A stretch of DNA of 64,000 bases from an uncultured Spirochaetales bacterium. GTDB lineage: Bacteria; Spirochaetota; Spirochaetia; DSM-27196; DATKUC01. Where the stretch lies: contig CAZNYW010000003.1 in NCBI GenBank assembly GCA_964577375.1, forward strand, positions 40,802 to 104,801, read 5' to 3'. The first letter of the stretch is position 1. Each line of letters begins with the position of its first letter. This document shows, in pieces, positions 9,217-18,694 of this stretch. The notes under the pieces were generated by a model. The model was not told the DNA's origin. It was given only the letters and a program-made list of their open reading frames with translations, and ran no database searches. Both the position numbers and the translations under genes were made by a program.

Positions 9217-10611
9217 CTATATGTGGATTGCCCAGCCCTCTGCCGCGCGCGCTGCCTCCATCACCGCCTCGGACAACGTCGGATGCGCATGTATCATCGT
9301 TGCGATGTCTTCCGGCAGAAGCTCCGATTTGCGGGCGAGGAGAAGCTCGTGAATGAGCTCGGTCGCCATGTTTCCAACCACATGGGCGGCGAGGATCTCA
9401 TGTGTATCGGCCGCAAAGAGGATCTTCACCATGCCGTCTGGCTGCTCGATCGCAACCGACTTGCCCGCACCGCGGTAGGGAAAGATCGCCTTCTCGAAAC
9501 GCAGGCCAAGCTCCTTCGCCCGCGCCTCTGTGGGGCCGAAGCTCGCCACCTGTGGCTCGGTGTATACGGCCGAGGGGATGGTTCCGTCGGGGATCCGATG
9601 CTCCGGCTCCTCACCCGCCATGTGCTCGACGGCAATTTCGCCCTCCTTCGAGGCGACGTGCGCGAGCAGCGGCGTCGGAATGCAGTCGCCGATTGCAAAT
9701 ACACCTTTGACGGCAGTTTCGTAGTAGTCGCCGGTTGTGATGAAACCCTTTTCGAGCTTCACGCCCACCTGCTCAAGCCCGAGTCCCTCGGTGTTCGGCG
9801 CCCGGCCCACAGCCACCAGGAGCAGGTCGGCATCGATCGTGCTGCTCTTGCCCGACTTATCTTCGATGGTGATCGTGACGCCCGATTTCTTCTTGTCGAG
9901 CTTTGTCGCCTTCGTGCCGGTGTGCATGACGATCCCGCGCTTCTTGAAATCACGCGCCACCACCTCCACCGTCTCTGCGTCTTCCAGGGGCAGAATCTGA
10001 TCGAGCATTTCCACAACAGTCACCTCGACGCCGAAGGAGCTCATCACGTGCGCAAACTCCATTCCAATCGCGCCGGCGCCCAGAATGACCATCTTCTTCG
10101 GAAGCTTTTCGAGCATCAGTGCGCCGGTCGAGGAGATCACCTGTTTTTCATCGAACTCGAAGCCGGGGATCTGGCGCGGACGCGACCCGGTCGCGATCAG
10201 CACGTTACTTGCGCTGAGTTTCTGCTTGCCGTCGACCTCTACCTCGTGAGCCGACACGAGCTTGCCGGTGCCGGTGATGTACTCTACATTGTTCTTTTTC
10301 AGCAGAGACTGAACTCCCTTGGAGAGCCGTTCAGCCGCCTGACGGGACTTCTTGAACACCACCCCGTAGTCGAACTTGCTCTTGTCCACGGTGATGCCCA
10401 TGTCGGCAAGTCCCTGCATGGAGTGAAATAACTCCGCCTGATGAATTATCGCCTTCGACGGGATGCAGCCGATGTTGAGACAGACACCACCCGGTCGGTC
10501 CTTTTCTATTATTGCGGTGCGAAGCCCAAGCTGAGATGCACGGATCGCCGCCACGTAGCCGCCGGGGCCTGAACCGATAACCACCAGATCATAAGCGTTT
10601 TCTTCTGCCAT
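9217..10611 (-). CDS. lpd: dihydrolipoyl dehydrogenase (E3)
   Basis: GSGPGGY FAD motif, redox-active GGVCLNIGCIPSK, C-terminal HAHPTLSE. Confidence 0.95.
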   Translation of the reverse strand: MAEENAYDLVVIGSGPGGYVAAIRASQLGLRTAIIEKDRPGGVCLNIGCIPSKAIIHQAELFHSMQGLADMGITVDKSKFDYGVVFKKSRQAAERLSKGVQSLLKKNNVEYITGTGKLVSAHEVEVDGKQKLSASNVLIATGSRPRQIPGFEFDEKQVISSTGALMLEKLPKKMVILGAGAIGMEFAHVMSSFGVEVTVVEMLDQILPLEDAETVEVVARDFKKRGIVMHTGTKATKLDKKKSGVTITIEDKSGKSSTIDADLLLVAVGRAPNTEGLGLEQVGVKLEKGFITTGDYYETAVKGVFAIGDCIPTPLLAHVASKEGEIAVEHMAGEEPEHRIPDGTIPSAVYTEPQVASFGPTEARAKELGLRFEKAIFPYRGAGKSVAIEQPDGMVKILFAADTHEILAAHVVGNMATELIHELLLARKSELLPEDIATMIHAHPTLSEAVMEAARAAEGWAIHI

Positions 10612-10644
10612 TTTTCTTACCTCGTGTCGGAGTGCAGCCCTGAA

Positions 10645-11976
10645 TCAGTACAGAACCCGCGCGGGATTCTCCATGATGCTATGCAGCTCATGAAGGAAGC
10701 GGCCGCCCGCAGCCCCGTCGACCACCCGGTGGTCGCAGGAGAGCGTCATCTTCATCACCTGGCGCACCACAACCTGATCCCGCTCGTCCACCACGGGAAC
10801 TTTCCGCGTTTCGCCGACCGCGAGTATCGCCGAGCCCGGAGGATTGACGATGGCGGTGAACTCCTCGATCCCGAAGGAACCGAGATTGCTGATGGTGAAG
10901 GTGGCCCCCGTGTACTCCTCCGGTTTCAGCTTTCCGGTACCGGCGCGCTGGACCAGATCTTTGAGCTCGCGATCAAGGTCGACCACTCCTCTGTTTCCGC
11001 AGTTGCGGAGAACCGGTGTGATGAGGCCGTTGCCCAGGTCCACGGCGAGTCCGATATCGATGCTTCCGAACTGCAGGATATGATCACCCTGCCAGGAGGC
11101 GTTGACATTTGGTTGACGCTTGAGCGCCTCCGCTGCAAGCTTGATCAGAAAGGGGTTGAACCCAACCTTTTCGGAAAGCTCGGCGTTCAGCTGTCTGCGG
11201 GCCTCGATGACCCGTTCCATCTGCACGCTCGCCTTGATGTAGTAGTGCGGCGCGCTGAACTTCGATTCCGAGAGGCGTTTCGCAATTACGGCCCGGCGGC
11301 CCGCAACCGGGATCGATATGTCCTGTCCCGGCGCAGCGGCTGCGGCGAAACCGGAGGGCGCGCCGGCCGCCGGCGCCCCACCCGCCTGTGGTGTGAATCC
11401 TTCAACGTCCTTGACCACGACACGGCCTTCGGGTCCCGAGCCCCGCACCATGCGCAGGTCAACGCCCTTCTGAGCCGCGACCTTGCGCGCCAGCGGGCTG
11501 GACTTGACGGTCCCCGGGGTCGAGAGCGATCTGCCCGACGCGGGTTGTGCGGCCTGCTGCGCCGCCGGCCGTTCCGGCGCGGTCGGCTCCGGTGCGGGCT
11601 TTTCTGCGGTTGCGGAAGGCTGCGCAGGGCCCTTCGCCCCCGCAGCAGGGGCGGCCTCTGCGGCCTTTTCCTCGACGGCCGGCGCCTTCGCATCCGCCTC
11701 CGACGAGAGCGACTTCACAAGCTCCGCGATGTCCTCGCCCTTTTCGCCGATGATGCCGATGGTCTGACCGACGGGCGCGGAACTGCCCTCCCCGCGAACG
11801 ATCTTGAGGAGCGTGCCCTCCTGCGTCGACTCATAGTCCATGGTTGCCTTGTCGGTTTCCACCTCACACAGCACATCCCCGGAGCTGACCTTGTCGCCCT
11901 CCTTCTTGTGCCATTTGACTATGGATCCCTCCTCCATCGTAGGAGAGAGCGCTATCATCAGAATCTTGTCGGCCAT
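10645..11976 (-). CDS. pdhC: dihydrolipoamide acetyltransferase (E2) of the pyruvate dehydrogenase complex
   Basis: Single lipoyl domain (VLCEVETDKATMDYE), Ala/Pro linker, subunit-binding SPLARKVA, and the catalytic C-terminus DHRVVDGA. Confidence 0.92.
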   Translation of the reverse strand: MADKILMIALSPTMEEGSIVKWHKKEGDKVSSGDVLCEVETDKATMDYESTQEGTLLKIVRGEGSSAPVGQTIGIIGEKGEDIAELVKSLSSEADAKAPAVEEKAAEAAPAAGAKGPAQPSATAEKPAPEPTAPERPAAQQAAQPASGRSLSTPGTVKSSPLARKVAAQKGVDLRMVRGSGPEGRVVVKDVEGFTPQAGGAPAAGAPSGFAAAAAPGQDISIPVAGRRAVIAKRLSESKFSAPHYYIKASVQMERVIEARRQLNAELSEKVGFNPFLIKLAAEALKRQPNVNASWQGDHILQFGSIDIGLAVDLGNGLITPVLRNCGNRGVVDLDRELKDLVQRAGTGKLKPEEYTGATFTISNLGSFGIEEFTAIVNPPGSAILAVGETRKVPVVDERDQVVVRQVMKMTLSCDHRVVDGAAGGRFLHELHSIMENPARVLY

Positions 11977-12005
11977 TTCACACCCCTTCTGTTATGCAGC
12001 ATGTC

Positions 12006-12989
12006 CTAGAGATAGAGCACGCGTTTGACCGCCGAGACGATCTTCTCGACCGAAGGCTGCACCGCAAGCTCCAATGTGTGGTTGTAGGGCATGGGAACAT
12101 CCTCGGAGCAGACCAGCTCGACCTGCGCGTCCAGGACGTCGAAGCAATTCCTCGAAATCAGCCACGAGACATAGGACCCGAAGCTCGCGATGGGCCACGC
12201 TTCATCGATGACAACCGCCCGGTTGGTCTTACGGACCGATTCGTAGATAGCCGCCTCATCCAGGGGACGAAGCGACCGCAGGTCGACCACCTCGGCGTCT
12301 ATACCCATCTTCTCGAGCTCCTCGGCCGCCTCGAGCACCATTCGTACCGGTTTCCCGAAGCTTATGAGCGAGACCTCCTTGCCGGGCCGCTTGATGTCGG
12401 CCTTTCCGATCGGGATCAGATACTCCTCTTCGGGGACGTCGCCGGTCCAGGCGTACATCATCTCGCCTTCCAGAAACACAACCGGATTGTCGTCCCGGAT
12501 GGCCGCCTTCAGGAGTCCCTTTGCATCGTAGGGCGTGACGGGGGCGACCACTTTGAGTCCCGGGAAGTGTGCGTAGATGCTCTGCAGAGCCTGGGAGTGC
12601 TGGGAAGAGAGGTACTCGGCGGGCCCGTTGGGACCTCGGAAGACAATCGGGACCTTCAACTGACCGCCTGACATATGGCGCATCTTTGCCGCATTGTTGA
12701 ACACCTGGTCCATCGCCAGGATCGAGAAGTTGAAGGTCATCCACTCGACTACCGGCCGCAGTCCGACCACCGCGGCACCAATGGCGATACCGGTAAATCC
12801 GAGCTCGGTTATCGGCGTGTCGAGGACCCTCGGAACCCCGAATTTGTCCAGAAGTCCACGCGTGACCTTGTAGGCGCCGTTGTATTCGCCTACCTCCTCC
12901 CCGAGGATGAAAACCCGCTCGTCGCGGCTCATCTCCTCATCCAGCGCCTGGTTCAATGCGTCCCTGTATGCAAGTGTGGACATTCCCAA
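12006..12989 (-). CDS. pdhB: pyruvate dehydrogenase E1 beta subunit
   Basis: Transketolase-like pyrimidine-binding and C-terminal domains (VFILGEEVGEYNGAYKVT...TPITELGF...). Confidence 0.95.
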   Translation of the reverse strand: MGMSTLAYRDALNQALDEEMSRDERVFILGEEVGEYNGAYKVTRGLLDKFGVPRVLDTPITELGFTGIAIGAAVVGLRPVVEWMTFNFSILAMDQVFNNAAKMRHMSGGQLKVPIVFRGPNGPAEYLSSQHSQALQSIYAHFPGLKVVAPVTPYDAKGLLKAAIRDDNPVVFLEGEMMYAWTGDVPEEEYLIPIGKADIKRPGKEVSLISFGKPVRMVLEAAEELEKMGIDAEVVDLRSLRPLDEAAIYESVRKTNRAVVIDEAWPIASFGSYVSWLISRNCFDVLDAQVELVCSEDVPMPYNHTLELAVQPSVEKIVSAVKRVLYL

Positions 12990-13035
12990 ATTCTCCTATT
13001 GCTCGATGCAACGCGATTCGGCAGAATTGCCGATC

Positions 13036-14067
13036 TTACTGCGCCGACTCCACATAGACGTCTTCGTACATGGTATGAAGCGCGGGCTCTTCGCTCGCCT
13101 CGGCGAACTCGACTGAATCTCCGACAATCTTCTTGAGCTCTTCGTCGAGCGACTCAAACTCGTCGTCCTTCAGAATGCCTGCGTTTGCCATGTCGGCCTT
13201 CAGTAGAATGATCGGATCCTGCTGCTTGTAGCTGTCGAGCTCCTCGCGGGTGCGATACTTCGCGGGGTCACTCATCGAATGCCCTTTGTACCGGTAGGTC
13301 TTTATGTCCATCAGGCAGGCCTGCCCCTTCTCGCGGGCAAGCTTGACCGCATCGCCGACCGCCTCGTAGACGCTCAACGCCCGCATGCCGTCTACGGTGT
13401 AGCCGGGCATGTCGTACGCCTTCGCCTGCAGCTCGAATTCGGTGACCGCCGACACGCGGTCCGCTTTCGTACCCATGCCGAAGTGATTGTTTTCCACGAT
13501 ATAGACTACCGGCAGCTTCCACACCTTTGCGAGGTTCATCGACTCATGGAGTGAGCCCTGGTGGATGGCCCCGTCTCCAAAGAAACAGAGGGTAACGCCG
13601 CCATCCTTGTCGTACATCTGCTTGAACGCGACGCCGGTGGCCATTGGAATCTGCGCACCGACAATACCGTTACCGCCGAGAAAGTGCTTCTCGAGATCGA
13701 ACATGTGCATCGATCCGCCCTTTCCTCGCGAACATCCGGTGATCTTGCCGAACAGCTCGGCCATGATCACGTTGGGATCCATGCCGCAAGCGAGCGCGTG
13801 GCCGTGGTCCCGGTAGGCCGTCAGGACATAATCGGTCGCGAGGTCGATCGCGGCGATGGCCCCCACCGCCACCGCCTCCTGACCGTTGTACAGATGACAG
13901 AAGCCCCCGATCTTGCGGAGCCCGTACATCTGGGCGGCCTTCTCTTCGAACCTCCGGATCAGGAGCATCTTTCGCAGCAGCTCGAAGAGAAACCCCTTGT
14001 CGTAGGACTTTATATCGCTAACATCGGTGCGCCTCTGATCGGCGCCTCTGGTTTTTACTTCACCCAT
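13036..14067 (-). CDS. pdhA: pyruvate dehydrogenase E1 alpha subunit
   Basis: IRRFEEKAAQMYG...GFCHLYNGQEAV..., TPP motif GDGAIHQG...NN, and YRYKGHSMSDP. Confidence 0.95.
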   Translation of the reverse strand: MGEVKTRGADQRRTDVSDIKSYDKGFLFELLRKMLLIRRFEEKAAQMYGLRKIGGFCHLYNGQEAVAVGAIAAIDLATDYVLTAYRDHGHALACGMDPNVIMAELFGKITGCSRGKGGSMHMFDLEKHFLGGNGIVGAQIPMATGVAFKQMYDKDGGVTLCFFGDGAIHQGSLHESMNLAKVWKLPVVYIVENNHFGMGTKADRVSAVTEFELQAKAYDMPGYTVDGMRALSVYEAVGDAVKLAREKGQACLMDIKTYRYKGHSMSDPAKYRTREELDSYKQQDPIILLKADMANAGILKDDEFESLDEELKKIVGDSVEFAEASEEPALHTMYEDVYVESAQ

Positions 14068-14089
14068 CAGCTCACTCCTTGCTGCGCTG

Positions 14090-14530
14090 CTACGCTACCG
14101 TGGCTTTCGCGTGTTCCCCGGTCAGCGGCTTGAAGTAGAGAATTTCTTCAATAATGGTCTCAAGAACGACCAGCTCCGACTGGTCCTGATTCACCCGCCA
14201 GAAAACTTCCAGATTACCTCCAATGGATTCCAGGATTTCCGCCTTGGTGCGCGGGTTGTCCAGCACCTGTATGGTGCCACGAACGGTAACGATCTCATCA
14301 AGGCTCTTGGACTGCAGCATCCACTCGACCTGCGGATGGGAGGCGACCTGCATGGCTTTCTCGAATCCGGGAGAGGTCACGGAATAGAGAAAACCGTCGC
14401 GACCGCGGATGGTCACCGGCGTCATCCATCGAACGTGCGGCTTGCCTTCCTGATCTACACTTGCCAGAACAGCCGCCTTCGATTTATCGAGGATCCGATC
14501 AAGTGCAGCAAACATAGAATTCTTATCCAT
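14090..14530 (-). CDS. pyridoxamine 5'-phosphate oxidase-like (general stress protein 26 family) FMN-binding protein
   Basis: Size and the pattern ...AVLASVDQEGKPHVRWM... typical of the PNPOx-like split barrel. By-eye call. Confidence 0.65.
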   Translation of the reverse strand: MDKNSMFAALDRILDKSKAAVLASVDQEGKPHVRWMTPVTIRGRDGFLYSVTSPGFEKAMQVASHPQVEWMLQSKSLDEIVTVRGTIQVLDNPRTKAEILESIGGNLEVFWRVNQDQSELVVLETIIEEILYFKPLTGEHAKATVA

Positions 14531-14572
14531 TCACTTCCTCCTCAGTTATTCCTGGCCGGATGACGGCCGCAC

Positions 14573-15715
14573 CTAGAACTCTCGTAGCTCTGCGAGGCTT
14601 GAAAGCACTTTCATCGCTCCGGCGTTGCACGCACCTGCGCGGGACTCACCGTCGCTGCCGCCGGGCGAAGACCGGAACCAGTCGCTGCAGCGCGCAAGGA
14701 TAGCAGTCGATTCGAACGGTGTCCCCGTGAGCGTCGCTCCTACCGTGCACCGGTTCGCAGTTACGGCTGACTCATGTGAGGCCGCAAGCACAGCGGCCGC
14801 GGTCGCGCAGTCGCTGCATTCCGCGCCGCTGATTGTCGCGTCGAGCACGTGAAGGCGAAGCCTCGATCCGTCCTGCAACAGTGGAAAGAGCGCATCGAAT
14901 TTCGGTGTGTTGCCGAAGTTCCAGCTCCAGGAGCGGTTCCGCTCCTCGAGCGCGGACCGCGCATCCGGGTCTACCGCGTCGGTCAGGCTGCCGACGAACG
15001 ATGCCCCCCATTCGGCGGCAAACTCCTCCCGGATGGCCTCGGACACCTGCTCGACGGTAAGTCCCTCTGCGAAATCGCAGAGGTTGGCGACCGGCGCAGG
15101 CTCCGAGCGGACCGCATGCGTCTCGATTTCGGAGGCCCAGGGCGCCGCATCCGCTGATGTTCCGTCGCCGGCCACGGGCTGTCTGCGAAGCGCGCGTCGC
15201 AGCAGCGAGAGATCGGCTTTGACGAGCAGTGTGCCGTGGTGCATCACCCGGCCTTTCTTGATTGCCAGCGCGTTTCCCGACACCTTTCGGCCGCCGACAA
15301 GAATGTCGCCGCGCTCGGTCACGACTCCGTCGATTCCGAACCTTTCAAGCGCGCGTGCTACGAGTCGAAGATTTCCCATTTTATCGAAAAGTTCGCGGTC
15401 GAGCAGGAAGGAGAAATTGAGATTTCCCGGATCGTGATAGACGGTTCCCCCGCCGCTTATGCGCCTGTAGACCGGAATACTGCTTTCGCGCAGCCAGGTA
15501 AGACTGCACTCACGCCAGGGATTCTGGTGCTTCCCCAGAACGACCGAAGGTCGATCAACGTACAGGCAGAGATGCACGTCGCCGGGCTGAATTTCGTCAA
15601 AAATCAGCTCCTCCGCCGCAAGATTTACAGCTGTGTCGTTCAATGGGCCGACCATGATCCGTCGGTGAGCGGCGAATTGCGTCTCTTGCACGTGCATCGT
15701 GTCTAAAATACACAT
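14573..15715 (-). CDS. lplA: lipoate--protein ligase
   Basis: BPL/LplA catalytic motifs RRISGGGTVYHDPGNLNFS and GRKVSGNA...HHGTLL. Adjacent to the PDH operon. The exact start is uncertain (several in-frame Met). Confidence 0.85.
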   Translation of the reverse strand: MCILDTMHVQETQFAAHRRIMVGPLNDTAVNLAAEELIFDEIQPGDVHLCLYVDRPSVVLGKHQNPWRECSLTWLRESSIPVYRRISGGGTVYHDPGNLNFSFLLDRELFDKMGNLRLVARALERFGIDGVVTERGDILVGGRKVSGNALAIKKGRVMHHGTLLVKADLSLLRRALRRQPVAGDGTSADAAPWASEIETHAVRSEPAPVANLCDFAEGLTVEQVSEAIREEFAAEWGASFVGSLTDAVDPDARSALEERNRSWSWNFGNTPKFDALFPLLQDGSRLRLHVLDATISGAECSDCATAAAVLAASHESAVTANRCTVGATLTGTPFESTAILARCSDWFRSSPGGSDGESRAGACNAGAMKVLSSLAELREF

Positions 15716-15785
15716 TCAGGATGTTTTTTCAAGCAAAAAAGCCTCACCACGCGCCTTCCGGTCTTATATTTCGGAAGAGCCCGTC

Positions 15786-15819
15786 TTGTAACGAAAAGAT
15801 CATTATTAGTACAATAATG
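15786..15819 (+). promoter_or_regulatory. candidate sigma70-type promoter (TTGTAA-N18-TACAAT) overlapped by a 7-5-7 inverted repeat, CATTATT-AGTAC-AATAATG
   Basis: AT-rich island in the lplA/nqr divergent intergenic region. The hexamers and the palindrome (15801-15819) were read directly from the sequence. No experimental support. Confidence 0.3.
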
Positions 15820-15889
15820 TATCGATAAACCTTACGCTACTCGCCGGTGCGGGTTGCGTAACGCATGACGTGATCGAAGAGGAGGGGAT

Positions 15890-16855
15890 GTGTTCCAGAA
15901 TCTGTTTCAGAAACAGGTTATCATGCGACGAGTCATCTACTCGCTTGTGCCCGTCTTCCTGTTCTCCATCTACCTGTACGGCTGGCGGGTACTTGCCATC
16001 ACCGCCGTGACGTTCGTCTTCGGTATCCTGACGGAGTACGTGTTCGAGAAGGTTCGCAAGAAGAAGGTCAGCGAGGCGGTCCTCGTCACATGCACGATCT
16101 ACGCGCTGTCCATGCCGCCAAAGACGCCGCTGTGGATCGTCGCGGTGGGCATCATCTTCGCGGTCGCAATCGGCAAAGAGGTGTACGGCGGTTTCGGGCG
16201 CAACGTGTTCAACCCCGCGATCACCGGCAGACTCTTCCTCTACATAACCTTCCCTACAGTAATGACCAGCGCATGGATGACACCGGGCAACTTCGGCATG
16301 AACGCGGTAGACGCGACGAGCACCGCCACCCCGCTCGGCATCATGCATGCGGGGGGCCACGTCGACTTCCTCAATATGCTGGTGGGTCTCCGCGCCGGAT
16401 CGCTGGGGGAGAGCCCCGTCATCCTGATCCTCCTCGGCGCCGTCTACCTGATCTGGACCAAGACCGGCCAGTGGCGCCTCATGCTCTCCACCTTTCTCAG
16501 CGCTGCGGCGTTTACCACGATATTCTGGGCCGTCGGTGCATCGCCCTATTACCCGCCGCTGGACGCAATGATGGCCGGAAGCATCCTCTACATGTCGGTC
16601 TGGATGGTTACCGACCCCGTATCCGCGCCCAACAAGAAGCCTGCTCAGTGGCTCTACGGCCTCATAATCGGCGGCGTCACCGTTCTTGTACGGACCTTTT
16701 CCGGTTTTCCGGAGGGGGTCAGCTTCGGCATAATGGTGGGAAACGTCTGCGCGTCACTCCTCGATGAGCTCATGCCGAATCCGAAAAAGAAGAAGGCCCC
16801 GGCGAAGAAGCCTACTCCTTCTCCGGCCGCGGCGGGCGCAGAAGGAGGTAGCTGA
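15890..16855 (+). CDS. nqrB: NqrB/RnfD-family subunit (RnfD-sized, 321 aa)
   Basis: Polytopic membrane protein with the FMN-attachment-like motif DATSTATPLG. GGAGG lies 4 nt upstream of the GTG. First gene of a BCDEF-ordered cluster. Confidence 0.85.
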   Translation: MFQNLFQKQVIMRRVIYSLVPVFLFSIYLYGWRVLAITAVTFVFGILTEYVFEKVRKKKVSEAVLVTCTIYALSMPPKTPLWIVAVGIIFAVAIGKEVYGGFGRNVFNPAITGRLFLYITFPTVMTSAWMTPGNFGMNAVDATSTATPLGIMHAGGHVDFLNMLVGLRAGSLGESPVILILLGAVYLIWTKTGQWRLMLSTFLSAAAFTTIFWAVGASPYYPPLDAMMAGSILYMSVWMVTDPVSAPNKKPAQWLYGLIIGGVTVLVRTFSGFPEGVSFGIMVGNVCASLLDELMPNPKKKKAPAKKPTPSPAAAGAEGGS

Positions 16856-17466
16856 TGGACAGGCAGGGAACCACCTACACCGTGATCTTCTCCTTCATCG
16901 TGACCTTCGCTTTCGTCTTTCTGCTCGCGCTCACCAACCAAGCGACAATCGGCAAGGTGAAGCTGAACCAGGAGACCGCCCGGCAGAGTGCGATTCTCTC
17001 CGCGATGGGCATTTCCTACAGCTCGCAGGCCGATGTCGTAGCGAAGTTCAAGAACATCAAGACCGAGCAGAGGAAGGGAGTCACCCTCTACACCACCACC
17101 TCCAACGGCCAGACGATCTACGCCGCCGAGTTTGCAGGCGGCGGGCTCTGGAGCACCATCCGCGGCGTGCTCGGAGTCAATGAGGACGTGAGCCGGATTC
17201 TCGGCCTGCAGATCATCAGCCAGGGCGAGACGCCGGGACTTGGCGGACGTATCGACGAGCCCTGGTTCAAGCAGCAGTTCACCGACGAGAAGATCGTCAA
17301 CGGTCAGATACAGATCAACATGCACAACGCAGGGACGCCGGATACCAGCCATGACAACGGCGAGGTGGACGGAATCACCGGCGCCACCATCACCAGTACC
17401 AGTGTAGGCCGCATCGTGAACGACGAGCTAAAGACGCTGCGGTCCGTCTTAGGGGGCAACTCATGA
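16855..17466 (+). CDS. nqrC: NqrC/RnfG-family FMN-binding subunit
   Basis: N-terminal TM helix, ...GETPGLGGRI..., and the covalent-FMN motif DGITGATITS. Its ATG overlaps the upstream stop (TGATG). Confidence 0.85.
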   Translation: MDRQGTTYTVIFSFIVTFAFVFLLALTNQATIGKVKLNQETARQSAILSAMGISYSSQADVVAKFKNIKTEQRKGVTLYTTTSNGQTIYAAEFAGGGLWSTIRGVLGVNEDVSRILGLQIISQGETPGLGGRIDEPWFKQQFTDEKIVNGQIQINMHNAGTPDTSHDNGEVDGITGATITSTSVGRIVNDELKTLRSVLGGNS

Positions 17467-18080
17467 GTGACCATAAGCCTGCGACGGTTCTTCGGGAAAA
17501 CGTCTGGACCAGCAATCCGATCTTCATGCAGGTTCTGGGAATCTGCTCGGCGCTGGCGGTAACCAATCTCCTTATAAACACGGTCATCATGACCGTGGGC
17601 GTGACGCTGGTGACCGGCTTTTCGAGTCTTACCGTCTCGCTGATCAAGAAATGGATTCCGCGGAAGGTGCGCATGATCATCCAAACGCTGATCATTGCCT
17701 TCTACGTGATCATCGTCGACTTAGTGCTGCGCGCCTACATGCCCGACGTCAGCAAGAACCTGGGTCCCTACGTCGGTCTCATCATCACCAACTGCATCAT
17801 CATGGGACGCGCCGAGGCGTTCGCGCAGTCGAATGCGCCGATCATATCCTTCTGGGACGGAATCACCTCCGGGCTGGGGTATATGGGAGTGCTTCTTGTG
17901 GTCGCGGTCATCCGCGAGCTTCTCGGTTTCGGCACCCTTCTCGGCTACCAGATCATGCCGGCCTCCTTTCTTCCGTGGACTATCATGGTGATGGCGCCGA
18001 GCGCATTCTTCATTCTTGCATTCATTATCTGGATCGGTAAGACGATTCAGTTCAGACAGACAAAGGGGGCAACAGCATGA
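17463..18080 (+). CDS. nqrD: NqrD/RnfE-family membrane subunit
   Basis: NPIFMQVLGICSALAVT... and LITNCIIMGRAEAFA motifs of the NqrD/RnfE family. ATGA overlap with nqrC. Confidence 0.9.
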   Translation: MSDHKPATVLRENVWTSNPIFMQVLGICSALAVTNLLINTVIMTVGVTLVTGFSSLTVSLIKKWIPRKVRMIIQTLIIAFYVIIVDLVLRAYMPDVSKNLGPYVGLIITNCIIMGRAEAFAQSNAPIISFWDGITSGLGYMGVLLVVAVIRELLGFGTLLGYQIMPASFLPWTIMVMAPSAFFILAFIIWIGKTIQFRQTKGATA

Positions 18081-18676
18081 ATTCGGCACCGATCATTGCA
18101 CCTCTTACCCTTCTCTTTGCCTCGATATTCACCAGCAACATCCTGCTCGCGAACTTCCTGGGGATGTGCTCGTTCATCGCGATTTCGAAGGACATGGACT
18201 CGGCGAACGGCCTCGGCATGGCGGTCACCGTCGTGCTCGTTCTGACCGCGGCAATCAACTGGGTGGTTCTCCACTTCATCCTGGTGCCGCTCGGCCTGGA
18301 GTTCCTTCAGTACATCGTCTTCATCATGGTGATCGCCGCCGTGGTCCAGATTCTCGAGATGGTCATCGACCGCGTATCTCAGTCGCTCTACATGGCGCTC
18401 GGCATATTTCTGCCGCTCATCACGGTCAACTGCGCCGTACTCGGCGTCGTGCTTTTCATGCAGATCCGGAATTACGCCTTCGTGCAGGCGCTCGCCTTCG
18501 GGCTCGGTTCCGGACTCGGCTGGTGGCTCGCGATCATGCTGCTTGCGGCGATGCGCCGGAAGATCGACAAGGCGCCTGTGCCGGCCGGCCTTCAGGGTCC
18601 CGGCATCACCATGATTACCATCGGGATGATGGCAATGGCCTTCATCGGATTCTCGGGCATGCTCAAGGTCCAGTAG
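18077..18676 (+). CDS. nqrE: NqrE/RnfA-family membrane subunit
   Basis: NILLANFLGMCSF... and LPLITVNCAVLGV motifs. ATGA overlap with nqrD. Confidence 0.9.
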   Translation: MNSAPIIAPLTLLFASIFTSNILLANFLGMCSFIAISKDMDSANGLGMAVTVVLVLTAAINWVVLHFILVPLGLEFLQYIVFIMVIAAVVQILEMVIDRVSQSLYMALGIFLPLITVNCAVLGVVLFMQIRNYAFVQALAFGLGSGLGWWLAIMLLAAMRRKIDKAPVPAGLQGPGITMITIGMMAMAFIGFSGMLKVQ

Positions 18677-18694
18677 GAAGCAGGGAGGAAGCAG

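Noticed and set aside
10624-12009. 461-aa ORF on the + strand antisense to the E2 gene. Similar long antisense or shadow ORFs occur at 3054-4043(-), 18722-20008(-), 22274-23143(-), 30144-31403(-), 31454-32593(-), 34864-36339(-), 37239-38627(-), 41046-42113(-), 46792-48003(+) and 60191-61993(-).
   Set aside because: Each lies opposite a gene with unmistakable conserved motifs. Their translations are Arg/Pro/Gly/His-rich low-complexity sequence with no recognisable family. Long stop-free antisense frames are expected at this GC content.
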